A model generated the notes under the pieces. That model worked only from the letters and a program-made list of their open reading frames with translations, searched no databases and was not told the DNA's origin. This document shows, in pieces, positions 1 through 11,339 of a stretch of 64,000 nt of DNA. The stretch covers positions 17,619 to 81,618 of the forward strand of contig CAZPFS010000003.1 of assembly GCA_964585925.1 (NCBI GenBank), given 5' to 3'. Source of the stretch: an uncultured Syntrophomonadaceae bacterium (GTDB lineage Bacteria; Bacillota; Dethiobacteria; DTU022). Position 1 is the stretch's first letter. Each line of letters begins with the position of its first letter. The translations under genes and the position numbers were made by a program.

Positions 1-746
1 CCGCCTCCCGTAATATGCGCCGCCCCGGTTATGGCAAATTTCCGGAACAGGGGTTTTACCGCCTGGACATAGATCCGGGTGGGCTTCAGAAGCTCCTCTC
101 CCAGCGAAATCTTCCACCCCGGAGGTATTTCCCCCAGCCCCAAGCCGGATTCATCGGGCAGCACTCGCCTGGCCAGGGAATAACCGTTGCTGTGCAGCCC
201 GGTGGAAGAGAGGCCGATCACCTTATCCCCCGCCGAGATGCCGGAACCGTCGATCAAAAAATCCTTTTCTACTATTCCCACCGCAAATCCGGCCAGGTCG
301 TACTCCCCTTCCGGATAAAACCCGGGCATCTCGGCAGTCTCCCCGCCCAGCAGTGCGCAGCCGGCCAGCCGGCAGCCCTCGGCTACTCCCGAAACTACTC
401 TTTCCACCTGATCGGCTATCAGCTTCCCCACCGCCAGATAATCGAGGAAGAAGAGAGGTTCCGCCCCCTGAGCCAGTATATCATTGACGCACATGGCCAC
501 GCAGTCCTGTCCCACCGTGTCATGCCTGTTCAGAACAAAGGCCAATTTCAGCTTAGTTCCCACCCCGTCGCACCCGGCCACCAGTACCGGGGAACGGAGG
601 CCGGCCAGATCCGGTGCAAACAGACCCCCGAACCCCCCCAGCCCTCCCAGAACCTCCCGGCGGAAAGTGGAGGCGGCCAGGCCCCTGATCCGGTCCACTG
701 CTTTATTCCCGGCCTCAATATCCACCCCGGCCTGCCGGTAACTCAT
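1..746 (-). CDS. purM: Phosphoribosylformylglycinamidine cyclo-ligase (AIR synthetase) PurM. The ATG is at 746-744 and the gene runs off the left edge, so the C-terminus is missing.
   Basis: Minus-strand translation begins [58 protein letters not shown], the classic PurM N-terminus and motifs. GAGGAA RBS upstream. The listed plus-strand ORF 15..854 is its low-complexity antisense artefact. Confidence 0.85.
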   Translation of the reverse strand, partial: MSYRQAGVDIEAGNKAVDRIRGLAASTFRREVLGGLGGFGGLFAPDLAGLRSPVLVAGCDGVGTKLKLAFVLNRHDTVGQDCVAMCVNDILAQGAEPLFFLDYLAVGKLIADQVERVVSGVAEGCRLAGCALLGGETAEMPGFYPEGEYDLAGFAVGIVEKDFLIDGSGISAGDKVIGLSSTGLHSNGYSLARRVLPDESGLGLGEIPPGWKISLGEELLKPTRIYVQAVKPLFRKFAITGAAHITGG

Positions 747-846
747 TTCCTCGTGGTTCAAAAGGCACCTCCCGAAACTGGCTATTCAAGATCCCCCCGG
801 GGACTGTCTTCTCATTCAACACTGCTTTACCCCGGACGCTTCAACC

Positions 847-1056
847 GGGGATAGACCTATCTTGCAGGTCTGTCCCCATACCCTATACTTCCAACCGGGA
901 ACAATCCCATCTGGCAAGTCCGTTCCCATACACCCAATCGGGGATAGACCCATCCGGCAGGTATGTCCCCATACATCCAACCGAGGACAGACCCATCCGG
1001 CAGGTATGTCCCCATACATCCAATCGGGGACAGACCTATCTTGCAGGCCTGTCCCC
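847..1056. repeat. REP-like array of five palindromic hairpin units (ggggaYagacc-N9-ggtMtgtcccc) spaced about 42-51 bp, between purM and the hppA 3' end
   Basis: Units at 847-877, 898-927 (degenerate), 940-970, 985-1013 and 1026-1056. Each unit has 10-11 bp inverted arms with a 9-nt loop, separated by atacatccaatc-type linkers. Confidence 0.8.
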
Positions 1057-1061
1057 AGACC

Positions 1062-3020
1062 CTAGAAAAACAGCGGCGCAAACACCAACGCCACGATGCT
1101 CATCAGCTTGATCAGAATATTCAGAGAGGGCCCGGAGGTATCCTTGAACGGGTCGCCCACCGTGTCACCTACTACCGCTGCCCTGTGGGGATCGCTGCCC
1201 TTTCCACCGTACTCCCCGCCCTCGATATATTTCTTGGCATTGTCCCAGGCTCCGCCGGCATTGGCCATGTAGATCGCCTGCAGCACCCCGGTCACCAGGG
1301 AACCGGCCAGCACTCCGCCCAGGGCCTCCTTGCCCAGAAACGGGATCAGCCCTACCGCCAGCGGCACGGCCACCGCCAGTACCCCCGGGACGATCATTTC
1401 CTTCAAGGCCGCTTTCGTGCTGATATCGACACAGCGGGCATATTCCGGCCGGGCGGTGCCCTCCATCAGGCCGGGAATTTCTTTAAACTGGCGCCGGATC
1501 TCCTCGATCAGCTCGAAAGCCGCATTTCCCACCGCCTCCATGGTGCGGGCGGTAAAGAAGAAGATCAACACCCCGCCGATGAACATGCCGGCAATAACTT
1601 TGTCACTGAGAATGTTGATTGTGTCCAGACCCGCCACCTGAGAATAGGCGGTAAACAAGGCCAGTGCGGTCAGAGCCGCCGAACCGATGGCAAACCCCTT
1701 GCCAATGGCCGCGGTGGTATTGCCCACTGCGTCCAGTTGATCCGTGATCTCCCGCACCTCCGGCTCCAGATCGGCCATCTCGGAGATTCCGCCGGCGTTA
1801 TCGGCCACCGGGCCGTAGGCATCCACGGCCACGGTCATCCCCACCGTGGAGAGCATCCCCACCGCGGCAATGGCTATCCCGTAAACATCCGCCAGTTGAT
1901 AAGATACTATAATTGCCACCACGATCGCCAGCACCGGGATCAGGGTGCTTTTCATCCCCACCGAGAGGCCGCTGATGATGTTGGTAGCCGGGCCGGTCTG
2001 GGAGGCCCTGGCAATATTTTTGACCGGACGGTAATCACCGGAGGTGTAATATTCGGTAACCTTGCCGATCACTACCCCTGCCAGCAAGCCGGCCACTACC
2101 GCCCAGAAGGGCCCCAGATCGCCCAAAACCTCCCTGGTGATAAAAAATGAAACCACCAGGACGATCAGTGCGCTGACCGTGATTCCCCGCTCCAGCACCG
2201 CGCCCAGGCGGGCGCCTTCTTTGGCCCGCACAAAGAAGAAAGCGATCACCGAGGCAATAATCCCCACCGAGGCCACCAGCAGCGGCAATAAAACCCCGCC
2301 CGCCCCGTGAGCCAGGACCCCCACAGTCATTGCTGCGATCAGGGAACCCACGTAAGACTCAAACAGGTCGGCCCCCATGCCGGCCACATCCCCCACATTG
2401 TCGCCCACGTTATCGGCAATCACTCCCGCGTTGCGGGGATCGTCTTCAGGGATGCCGGCCTCGATCTTTCCCACCAGGTCCGAACCCACATCGGCAGCCT
2501 TGGTAAAGATGCCGCCCCCTACCCGGGCAAATAAAGCGATGGAACTGGCCCCCAGGGCGTAGCCGTTGACGATGGCCGGATTTTGGATAAAGATATATAA
2601 AATGCTCAGACCCAGTAACCCCAACCCGGCCACCATCATCCCCATGATGGTTCCGCTGGAGAAAGCCAGGGTCAGCGCCCGGCCCACTCCTTCACGGGCC
2701 GACTGGGCGGTGCGGACATTGGCCTCCGTGGCCACCCGCATGCCTATGTAACCCGCCGCCGCCGACAGGAAGGCGCCCACCACAAAACTCAGCGCGGTCA
2801 GGGGATTGATGGCTAAAAAGAGTACGGCACCCAGGATAATCACAAAGAAAACCAGGTAGAAGTACTCGCGTTTGATGAAGGCCATCGCCCCCTCCTGGAT
2901 GGCACCGGCAATTTCCAGCATGGCGGGGGTGCCCGATTCCGCAGATTTTACTTTGAACCATAACCATAATGCAAATAACAAAGCCAGGATAGCGCATACA
3001 GGCGCCAGGTAAAGATTCAT
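1062..3020 (-). CDS. hppA: Membrane-bound H+/Na+-translocating pyrophosphatase
   Basis: 652-aa polytopic protein with the hallmark V-PPase motifs [27 protein letters not shown] and [21 protein letters not shown]. Confidence 0.9.
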   Translation of the reverse strand: MNLYLAPVCAILALLFALWLWFKVKSAESGTPAMLEIAGAIQEGAMAFIKREYFYLVFFVIILGAVLFLAINPLTALSFVVGAFLSAAAGYIGMRVATEANVRTAQSAREGVGRALTLAFSSGTIMGMMVAGLGLLGLSILYIFIQNPAIVNGYALGASSIALFARVGGGIFTKAADVGSDLVGKIEAGIPEDDPRNAGVIADNVGDNVGDVAGMGADLFESYVGSLIAAMTVGVLAHGAGGVLLPLLVASVGIIASVIAFFFVRAKEGARLGAVLERGITVSALIVLVVSFFITREVLGDLGPFWAVVAGLLAGVVIGKVTEYYTSGDYRPVKNIARASQTGPATNIISGLSVGMKSTLIPVLAIVVAIIVSYQLADVYGIAIAAVGMLSTVGMTVAVDAYGPVADNAGGISEMADLEPEVREITDQLDAVGNTTAAIGKGFAIGSAALTALALFTAYSQVAGLDTINILSDKVIAGMFIGGVLIFFFTARTMEAVGNAAFELIEEIRRQFKEIPGLMEGTARPEYARCVDISTKAALKEMIVPGVLAVAVPLAVGLIPFLGKEALGGVLAGSLVTGVLQAIYMANAGGAWDNAKKYIEGGEYGGKGSDPHRAAVVGDTVGDPFKDTSGPSLNILIKLMSIVALVFAPLFF

Positions 3021-3130
3021 TTTAACAAGCCTACCTCCTCGTAATCAGACACTTACCATCTACCGTTTGATTGTTTATCTGATCGGGTTCCGGTTAACCC
3101 GTAAAGCCAGACCTGATCCTCGTGTCGCCA

Positions 3131-3180
3131 AAATACAGGCGGACAGAGTCGTCCTTTCGGGCGGACAGAGTCGTCCGCCC
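3131..3180 (-). terminator. Probable rho-independent terminator after purF: a GC hairpin (gggcggac-agagtc-gtccgccc, plus a tandem half-repeat) followed on the minus strand by tgtatttt
   Basis: Direct repeat ggcggacagagtcgtcc x2. An 8-bp GC stem sits immediately 3' of the purF stop, and the transcribed strand shows a U-tract. Confidence 0.5.
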
Positions 3181-4578
3181 CTACTTGGGTCTGCCCGCCG
3201 GGTAATCCCCGCCAAAACAGGACCAGCAGAGATGCTCCGCCGGCAGGCCGATGGCCTCCGCCACCCCCTGCGGGCTTAAAAAGCCTACCGAGTCGGCCTC
3301 GATCATTTGGGCCACCTCTTCGGCGGTGCGGTTTGCCAGCATCAGCTCCTCATCGCCGGGCATGTCAATGCCGTAATAGCAGGACGAAACGACCGGGGGA
3401 GAGCTAATCCTCAGGTGCACTTCTTTAGCCCCCGCCCGGCGCATCAGCCGGACCAGTTTTAAGCTGGTGGTGCCCCGAACAATGGAGTCGTCCACCAGAA
3501 CCACCTTCTTGTTCTGAACGATTTTCTGCACCGCATTGAGCTTGATGTCAGTTCCCCGTTCCCGGAGTTCCCGGGTGGGTTTGATAAAAACCCTTCCTAT
3601 GTATCGGTTTTTCACCAGGGCCATCTCGTTGGGCAGACCCAGTTGCTCGGCATATCCGGAGGCGGCGGAAATGCTGGAATCGGGAACCCCGGAGACCAGG
3701 TCCGCCTCCACCGGCTGTTCCCGGGCCAGCCGACGGCCCAGTTCCCGGCGCACCAGATGAACATTTTTCCCCTGCAGGTTGCTGTCCGGGCGGGCAAAAT
3801 AAATATATTCAAACACACAGAAAGCGGAACGGAAGCTGCTCACCAGCTGCCGGGAATGCATCCCTTCGCGGTCAAGCACCACCATCTCCCCCGGGTTGAC
3901 ATCCCGGATAAATGCAGCCCCCATGGTATCAAAAGCACAGGTTTCGGAGGCCAGATAGTAGCCTTTCTCACCCAAGGCGGCCAGTGATAAGGGGCGGAAA
4001 CCGTAGCCGTCCCGCAGGCCGATCACCTTTTGTCCGTCGGTAATCACAAAACTAAAGGCGCCTTTGAGCAGGGGCACCACTTGCGCCAGCGCTTCTTCCA
4101 GATCGGGGGCGCCCTGGCGGGCAATCAGATGAGCCAACAGCTCGCTGTCGGTGCGGGTCTGAAAAATGGCCCCTTTCGCCTCCAGCTCGGATCTGAGCCG
4201 GGATCCGTTCAAAAGTCGGCCGTTGTGGCCGACAGCCAGTTCCCCAAAACGGTACCTGAGCACAAGGGGTTGGCTGCTCTCCAGGCGGCGATCTTCTCCC
4301 TGATACGAATAACGGACATGTCCCACCGCGGCGCGGCTGGAAATGGTCTTTAAATCGGTAATCTTTGCAAACACTTCGGAAACCAGGCCCAGCCCCCGGT
4401 GGTGCCACAACCGCCCCCCCCGGCCGTCTCCGGCAGCAATCCCGGCACTCTCCTGCCCGCGATGCTGGAGGGCGTACAGGGCCAGGCAGGTCAGGTAGGC
4501 CAGCGGCAGCCCGGTGGCATAACCGCCACAGATGCCGCAGGCCTCGCGCAGCATTGGATAATCTAACTCATCAGGCAC
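3181..4578 (-). CDS. purF: Amidophosphoribosyltransferase (glutamine PRPP amidotransferase)
   Basis: Propeptide then the catalytic Cys (..MLREACGICGGYAT..), a PRTase motif VVLVDDSIVRGTT, and a C-terminal 4Fe-4S Cys cluster (CWSCFGGDYP). Confidence 0.9.
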   Translation of the reverse strand: MPDELDYPMLREACGICGGYATGLPLAYLTCLALYALQHRGQESAGIAAGDGRGGRLWHHRGLGLVSEVFAKITDLKTISSRAAVGHVRYSYQGEDRRLESSQPLVLRYRFGELAVGHNGRLLNGSRLRSELEAKGAIFQTRTDSELLAHLIARQGAPDLEEALAQVVPLLKGAFSFVITDGQKVIGLRDGYGFRPLSLAALGEKGYYLASETCAFDTMGAAFIRDVNPGEMVVLDREGMHSRQLVSSFRSAFCVFEYIYFARPDSNLQGKNVHLVRRELGRRLAREQPVEADLVSGVPDSSISAASGYAEQLGLPNEMALVKNRYIGRVFIKPTRELRERGTDIKLNAVQKIVQNKKVVLVDDSIVRGTTSLKLVRLMRRAGAKEVHLRISSPPVVSSCYYGIDMPGDEELMLANRTAEEVAQMIEADSVGFLSPQGVAEAIGLPAEHLCWSCFGGDYPAGRPK

Positions 4579-6752
4579 CCGATACCCTCCCTGTAAATAC
4601 GGCCGATCTCCTCAAGCGCCAGATTGACCACCGGCCTGCCGTTATAATTGATCAGCAGCTTCTCTTCGCCCACCGACCCCAGTTCGGTCAGGGGGATATT
4701 ATATTCTTTGGCCAGGGCCGCCAGTTTATCCTGCTTTTCCGGCTTCACCGAGACCAGCACCCGGGAAGGACCTTCTCCAAACAGGGCCGCCGGGGGGTTG
4801 TCCTCGCCGGAAAAAGAGACCGTGGCCCCTTTTTTCCCCCGCAAACAACATTCGGCCAGGGTTACCGCCAGCCCCCCTTCGGAAAGATCGTGGGCTGAAC
4901 TCAAAATTTTTTCAGAGATAACCCGGCAAAGCATTTCCTGGAGCGCTTTTTCCAGCTCCAGATCTATCTCCGCCAGCAGTCCGGCCACCCGGTCATGACA
5001 GACTCTCAGGTAAAGGCTTCCTCCCAGGGAGACCCCGGAAGGCCCCAACAAATAGATTATATCGGAACTGCAGTTAAAAGCAATTTGGCAGCTTTTCTCC
5101 GGATCTTCCAACAACCCCACCGCCCCCACCACCGGCGTAGGATAGACAGCTTTTCCGTTTACCTCGTTGTAAAGGCTGACGTTGCCGCCAACCACCGGCA
5201 CCCCCAGAGCCCGGCAGGCCTCGGCCACTCCCTCAATAGTTCGCCTGAGCTGCCAGTATATATCCGGTCTCTCGGGATTTCCAAAATTCAGGCCGTCGGT
5301 AATTCCCAGGGGTCTGGCCCCCACACAGGCCAGGTTGCGGGTGGCCTCGGCTACCACCAGCATCCCCCCCAGATATGGATCCAGATAAACCAGGCGACTG
5401 TTGCCATCTACAGTAACCGCGATTGCCTGGCCCGTTTCGGGAAGCAGAATGATCCCCGCTTCCTCTCCCGGCCCCTGGGCAACCTGATGGTTTTCGGGAT
5501 CTTTGAACTGTTCCCAGATCCATTCCCGGCTCGCGCCATGGACCGAGCCGAGCAGCTTTTTCAAAACCGGGCCAAGGTCCGTCTCTGTCGGCAGCTGCTC
5601 CGGATCAAACCTTGCCAGTTGCCGATAGTACCGCGGTTCCTGTATTGCCGGAGAGTACTGCGGAGCGCCGCCGGCCACGCCGGCGGCCGGCACCTCCGCC
5701 ACCACCCGGCCCCGGTAAATGATCCGCACCAGATGATCGTCCGTCACCTTGCCGATTACATTAAAATGGAGGCCCCGTCTGGTAAAAATTTCGGCCGCCT
5801 CCCGCTCATGTTCCGGATCGAGCACCACCATCATCCTTTCCTGCGATTCGGAAATGGCGATCTCGTAATCCTCCATATTATCCGCTTTCAGCGGCACTGC
5901 GTCCAAGGTAATCTCCATTCCGGTTTCCGCCCGGGAGGCCATCTCGGTAGCGGCACAGGTGATCCCGGCAGCGCCCAGATCCTGCATACCCAGGGCCAGC
6001 TTCTTTCCGGCCAGCTCCAGGCAGGCTTCCATCAGCAGTTTTCCGGCCGCGGGATCTCCTATATGCATCGCCGTGTCCGTCTCCGGGGCCAGCTCTCCCG
6101 AAGCAAAGGTGGCCCCGTGAACACCGTCCCGGCCGGTGGGGGCGCCGGCCAGGGCCACCAGTTTTCCGGGCTCGGCAGCCTTCCCCCGGATCAACTGCTC
6201 TACCGGCAAAACCCCCACGCACATGGCATTGACCAGAGGGTTACCCTCGTAACAGTCTTCAAATGCGGCCTCCCCGGCCGCCACCGGAAGCCCCAGGCCG
6301 TTGCCGTAACCGGCCACCCCGGCTACAATCCCCTTGAACAGGTAACGACTGCGGGCGCTGCCAAGAGGGCCCAGCCTCAGTGAATTGACCAGGGCCACCG
6401 GCCTGGCCCCCATGGTGAATATATCTCTGACAATACCGCCCACCCCGGTGGCCGCCCCCTGGTAGGGGTCCACCGCCGAGGGGTGGTTATGGCTCTCAAT
6501 TTTAAAAGCCACCGCCCACCCCCGGCCCAGATCGATCACTCCCGCATTCTCTCCGGGCCCCTGCAAAACCCGTTCCCCGGTAACCGGGAAGAGGCGCAGA
6601 GATGATCTGGAGTGTTTATAGCTGCAATGTTCCGACCACATCACACTGAACATACTCAGTTCACAGTAATTTGGTTCCCGCCCCATCTCCCGGCAGATCA
6701 CCATGTATTCCTCGGCGCTCAGGCCCAGCCTCAACCATGGTTTATCTTCCAA
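4563..6752 (-). CDS. purL: Phosphoribosylformylglycinamidine synthase II (FGAM synthase large subunit)
   Basis: 729 aa. N-terminus MEDKPWLRLGLSAEEY..EPNYCELSMFSVMWSEHCSYKHS and duplicated AIRS-like domains typical of PurL. Overlaps purF by 16 nt. Confidence 0.9.
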   Translation of the reverse strand: MEDKPWLRLGLSAEEYMVICREMGREPNYCELSMFSVMWSEHCSYKHSRSSLRLFPVTGERVLQGPGENAGVIDLGRGWAVAFKIESHNHPSAVDPYQGAATGVGGIVRDIFTMGARPVALVNSLRLGPLGSARSRYLFKGIVAGVAGYGNGLGLPVAAGEAAFEDCYEGNPLVNAMCVGVLPVEQLIRGKAAEPGKLVALAGAPTGRDGVHGATFASGELAPETDTAMHIGDPAAGKLLMEACLELAGKKLALGMQDLGAAGITCAATEMASRAETGMEITLDAVPLKADNMEDYEIAISESQERMMVVLDPEHEREAAEIFTRRGLHFNVIGKVTDDHLVRIIYRGRVVAEVPAAGVAGGAPQYSPAIQEPRYYRQLARFDPEQLPTETDLGPVLKKLLGSVHGASREWIWEQFKDPENHQVAQGPGEEAGIILLPETGQAIAVTVDGNSRLVYLDPYLGGMLVVAEATRNLACVGARPLGITDGLNFGNPERPDIYWQLRRTIEGVAEACRALGVPVVGGNVSLYNEVNGKAVYPTPVVGAVGLLEDPEKSCQIAFNCSSDIIYLLGPSGVSLGGSLYLRVCHDRVAGLLAEIDLELEKALQEMLCRVISEKILSSAHDLSEGGLAVTLAECCLRGKKGATVSFSGEDNPPAALFGEGPSRVLVSVKPEKQDKLAALAKEYNIPLTELGSVGEEKLLINYNGRPVVNLALEEIGRIYREGIGCLMS

Positions 6753-6857
6753 CTGCCGCCACCTCCTTGCTATAGTCCTGCCGCCCTTGTGGTACTGCTG
6801 GCGCCCGTTCAGGCCGCCCCTTCATAAACCTGGAGCCTTTTTTTAAACCGGGCCCGA

Positions 6858-7340
6858 TCAGGAACCCCTGAGCTGCCGGTCCGCCTCCTCCACCTTCGCC
6901 GCCAGCTTCTGGCGATAGGCGGCCAATTTTTCCTGCAACCGTTCATTTCCCAGGGAAAGTATATGTACCGCCAGCAATCCCGCATTATAAGCGGCATCTA
7001 TCCCCACCGTGGCCACGGGCACTCCCCGCGGCATCTGGATTATTGAGTAAAGTGAATCCAGCCCATTCAGATGCGCAGCGGCCACCGGCACACCGATCAC
7101 CGGCAATATGGTCATAGAGGCGATTACCCCCGGCAGGTGAGCCGCCCCTCCCGCGCCGGCAATTATGATCTTGATTCCGGCATCCGCCGCCGCCTTTGCA
7201 TAACGGGCCACCTTCTCCGGATGGCGATGGGCGCTGGCAATAACCAGTTCATAACTGACCCCAAACTCCGTAAGCGCCGCCGCACTCTGTTTCATCACCT
7301 CCAGATCCGATCCGCTGCCCATTACTATCCCTACATCCAC
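6858..7340 (-). CDS. purE: N5-carboxyaminoimidazole ribonucleotide mutase
   Basis: 160 aa. [49 protein letters not shown] is the canonical PurE fold. No purK is adjacent. Confidence 0.9.
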   Translation of the reverse strand: MDVGIVMGSGSDLEVMKQSAAALTEFGVSYELVIASAHRHPEKVARYAKAAADAGIKIIIAGAGGAAHLPGVIASMTILPVIGVPVAAAHLNGLDSLYSIIQMPRGVPVATVGIDAAYNAGLLAVHILSLGNERLQEKLAAYRQKLAAKVEEADRQLRGS

Positions 7341-7395
7341 ATCTGTTCCTCCTTAAATCGTGATCGACTGAACCCGTATTATTTTAGCATATTCA

Positions 7396-7624
7396 TCAAG
7401 GCGAGGACAGATCAATGAGAACACAATGGGGACCATACAATGGGGACAGACCTATCATGCAGGTCTGTCCCCATACCTTGGATCATGCAGGTCTGTCCCC
7501 ATACCTTGGATCATGCAGGTCTGTCCCCATACCTTGGATCATGCAGGTCTGTCCCCAGAAAAAGGGGACAGACCTATCTTGCAGATCCGTCCCCATACCT
7601 TAAATCTTACAGGTCTGTCCCCCA
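7396..7624. repeat. Second REP-like array between the groEL 3' end and the purE start. It holds two full hairpin units (7443-7473, 7565-7595) plus three to four tandem 28-bp half-units (ataccttggatcatgcaggtctgtcccc).
   Basis: The same ggggacagacc / ggtctgtcccc arms as the 847..1056 array. The period-28 direct repeats run 7474-7557 with no unique spacers. Confidence 0.8.
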
Positions 7625-7629
7625 GACCT

Positions 7630-9255
<1,626 letters not shown>

Positions 9256-9281
9256 TTATTTCTACCTCCTTTAACTAAAAA

Positions 9282-9569
9282 TTACTGGACCAAAGCCAGA
9301 ATGTCGTCTTGCCTGAGAATCAGATACTCTTCGCCCTTGATTTTGACCTCCGTGCCGGCATAGCGGGAAAATATGATTTTGTTCCCGACTTTTACCTCCA
9401 TCTCCAAACGGGTGCCGTTATCCAACACCTTGCCCGTTCCCACAGCCATAACTTCTCCCTCCTGGGGTTTTTCCTTGGCCTTGTCGGGAAGGACAATACC
9501 GCTGGCTGTTTTTTCTTCTGCCTCCAGAACCTTCACTACTACCCGATCTCCTAAAGGTTTAAGGTTCAT
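9282..9569 (-). CDS. groS: Co-chaperonin GroES (Hsp10)
   Basis: 95 aa. [29 protein letters not shown]... Confidence 0.95.
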   Translation of the reverse strand: MNLKPLGDRVVVKVLEAEEKTASGIVLPDKAKEKPQEGEVMAVGTGKVLDNGTRLEMEVKVGNKIIFSRYAGTEVKIKGEEYLILRQDDILALVQ

Positions 9570-9604
9570 TAAACGTCAGACCTCCTTATCACTTGGATGT
9601 GTTT

Positions 9605-9634
9605 TTAGCAGCACTCCCTGTAACCGAGTGCTAA
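9605..9634 (-). promoter_or_regulatory. CIRCE operator (HrcA binding site) in the groES leader
   Basis: ttagcaGCACTC-cctgtaacc-GAGTGCTAA matches the TTAGCACTC-N9-GAGTGCTAA consensus, with a 3-nt insertion in the left arm and a perfect 7-bp core inverted repeat at N9 spacing. It lies between the -10 and the SD of groES. Confidence 0.75.
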
Positions 9635-9648
9635 TAATCACCATAAAA

Positions 9649-9677
9649 ATATTAGCCAACTATCCCTGTACAGGCAA
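9649..9677 (-). promoter_or_regulatory. Probable sigma-A promoter of groESL
   Basis: On the minus strand: TTGCCT (-35, 9677-9672), a 17-nt spacer, TAATAT (-10, 9654-9649). It sits immediately upstream of CIRCE. Confidence 0.55.
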
Positions 9678-9832
9678 CCGGCAACACGGGCGCCCACAGG
9701 TAGAATCCAGGGGAATCAAAGCTTTTGGACAGAATACTTCTGCCTGTCTCCCTTTTGCTCCTTATTCCACCGGATCTATTATTTACCTCGAAACACAATC
9801 TATACGCTGCAAATCCAATAATAAGAAATTGC

Positions 9833-11020
9833 CTATAATACCAGTTCCCTATTTTCCGCCGGCAGTCTCCGGTAGCGATAGGGCTCCAGGGTTTTTGAAA
9901 GATCGGCGATCATCTCGTCCAATTTTTTGCTCAGAGGCAATCCGTGTCGTCTCAGGGAACAGGCCAGTATCAAGGCTATAGTTTGTGGAAAATCAATTCC
10001 CAGATACCTGGCGCTATGACAGAGAGAACCATGGTAGTTCAGGGAAGGTGTGCCGTTAACATCTATTATATATTTTTCCCCCCGATGGCATTCCTTTACA
10101 TCCACCCTTATTGCGTCGGCAGCCCCCAGGGCGCCATAGGTCTTTACCGCCAGATCGGCCAGCTCAAGATAAATTGGCTCTTCATGTCCGATGAATCTGT
10201 GGGCCAGCCCGTTCAACCCCCTGCTTTTCAGATCCGTACTCCTGATCTGCCCGGAGCCGAACCAAATCGGCGGTAAAACTATGGGCTGATCACCCCCCAT
10301 AACTGCCACTGTGTACTCGGGGCCCGGCAGGTACTCCTCCACCAAAAGGCCGGTCCCGTTTAGCAACTCCAGCAAATAGCTAGCCCGGGCCTCAAGTTGG
10401 GGTAAATTTTCAACCAGGGAACCTTCGTCTATACCCAGGCTGTTGCCCCCGCCCAAGGGCTTCACAAATACCGGGAATTGCAAACCCCGAAGATCGTGTA
10501 TTTCGGTTTGGTTGTAAATAGAGAATCCTCTGGGAGTGGGAATTCCCGTCCGTCTGAGTACGAAGTTGGTCAGCTTCTTATTCCGGCATTTGACCATCGC
10601 CTGGATACCGGAATGGCTGACCGGCAGATTCAGCTGATTGAAGGCTTTTTTTACGCAGGCCGCCCCGGAACCGTCATATATGGTTCGCGGCATATCCAGA
10701 AAACCTTCGGCAATATTGAACACAAAGTCAATCGCCGGAATCCGCTTCAGATATATTTCCAGATCCAACCGGGAAGTGAGGTTTAATTTGAATACATTAC
10801 TCCCCGTATCTTTAAGGGCAAAATATATACGCTCCACAGTGTCGGCAGTGGGGCATTCTACTAAATATGTAGCATTTTTTTCCGATTGGATAAGGTTGTA
10901 GGTAAACAAAAGATTTCCGGTCATGCGATCCCCCCAAAAATATATTTCTATTCCCCAATCCATATAGGGGCACAATATCCCCGCCGGCGGATCAAAAGAA
11001 AAATAAAGGTTAAGCTTCAA
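9833..11020 (-). CDS. ATP-grasp enzyme of the D-alanine--D-alanine ligase (Ddl) family with a divergent N-terminal domain
   Basis: 395 aa. The central and C-terminal region has Ddl-like motifs (VFVKPLGGGNSLGI, EEYLPGPEYTVAVMG, IRVDV.....YIIDVNGTPSL). The first ~100 aa are not recognisably Ddl. Confidence 0.6.
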   Translation of the reverse strand: MKLNLYFSFDPPAGILCPYMDWGIEIYFWGDRMTGNLLFTYNLIQSEKNATYLVECPTADTVERIYFALKDTGSNVFKLNLTSRLDLEIYLKRIPAIDFVFNIAEGFLDMPRTIYDGSGAACVKKAFNQLNLPVSHSGIQAMVKCRNKKLTNFVLRRTGIPTPRGFSIYNQTEIHDLRGLQFPVFVKPLGGGNSLGIDEGSLVENLPQLEARASYLLELLNGTGLLVEEYLPGPEYTVAVMGGDQPIVLPPIWFGSGQIRSTDLKSRGLNGLAHRFIGHEEPIYLELADLAVKTYGALGAADAIRVDVKECHRGEKYIIDVNGTPSLNYHGSLCHSARYLGIDFPQTIALILACSLRRHGLPLSKKLDEMIADLSKTLEPYRYRRLPAENRELVL

Positions 11021-11048
11021 GTTGTGGGTAAAGGCAAAGGAAGAACTG

Positions 11049-11222
11049 CTAGAATAGGCCCAGCTGGCAGGTAATTATCTTGATTTTCAGCCGGTTGCAT
11101 GCTTCTCCAATTTCGGATAAGGAGCAACCGGTCTCCGTAGCTATTTTGTGTGCGCTTTGACAGGACAATTTGTTTTCACTGGCCTGGCGGCAGATTATTT
11201 CATCCAGTTTTTCCGGATCCAT
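11049..11222 (-). CDS. Unannotated small ORF of 57 aa (MDPEKLDEIICRQASENKLSCQSAHKIATETGCSLSEIGEACNRLKIKIITCQLGLF), below the ORF-track size cutoff
   Basis: Strong RBS (GGAGGAGAAcgg-ATG). It sits between the metallophosphoesterase and the ATP-grasp gene on the same strand. It has five Cys residues and an HTH-like core (AHKIATETGCSLSEIGEA). Confidence 0.5.
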   Translation of the reverse strand: MDPEKLDEIICRQASENKLSCQSAHKIATETGCSLSEIGEACNRLKIKIITCQLGLF

Positions 11223-11339
11223 CCGTTCTCCTCCCCGGGTGGGTTTTAGGCTCTGTTTAAAAAGCTTTTCGGGTCTAGAAATATTCTTCCGAACCGATTA
11301 TATCACATTGGCAGGCAATTATTTCTGATGATAATGGCC

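Noticed and set aside
15-854. A large plus-strand ORF (279 aa) at the left edge
   Set aside because: Its product is low-complexity and Pro/Gly-rich. The opposite strand encodes an unmistakable PurM N-terminus, so this is an antisense artefact of high GC content.
816-1081. Short ORFs inside the REP arrays encoding repetitive QVCPHT / GQTCKIGLSP peptides
   Set aside because: These are translations of the palindromic repeat units in several frames and both strands, not genes.
963-2150. Long antisense ORFs opposite bona fide genes: 963-2150, 4995-6383, 8708-9274, 27299-28117, 43234-43977, 44933-45706, 49035-49877, 50398-51003, 53295-53819, 59696-60187 and 61186-61848
   Set aside because: All lie antisense to, or out of frame with, genes that have clear family signatures. 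Their compositions are Arg/Pro/Gly-rich, typical of spurious high-GC ORFs.
7443-7624. A possible CRISPR array, given the regularly spaced palindromic repeats
   Set aside because: The 28-bp units are directly tandem with no unique spacers, the longer units are separated by a constant linker, and no cas genes are present. It is a REP/tandem-repeat array, not CRISPR.
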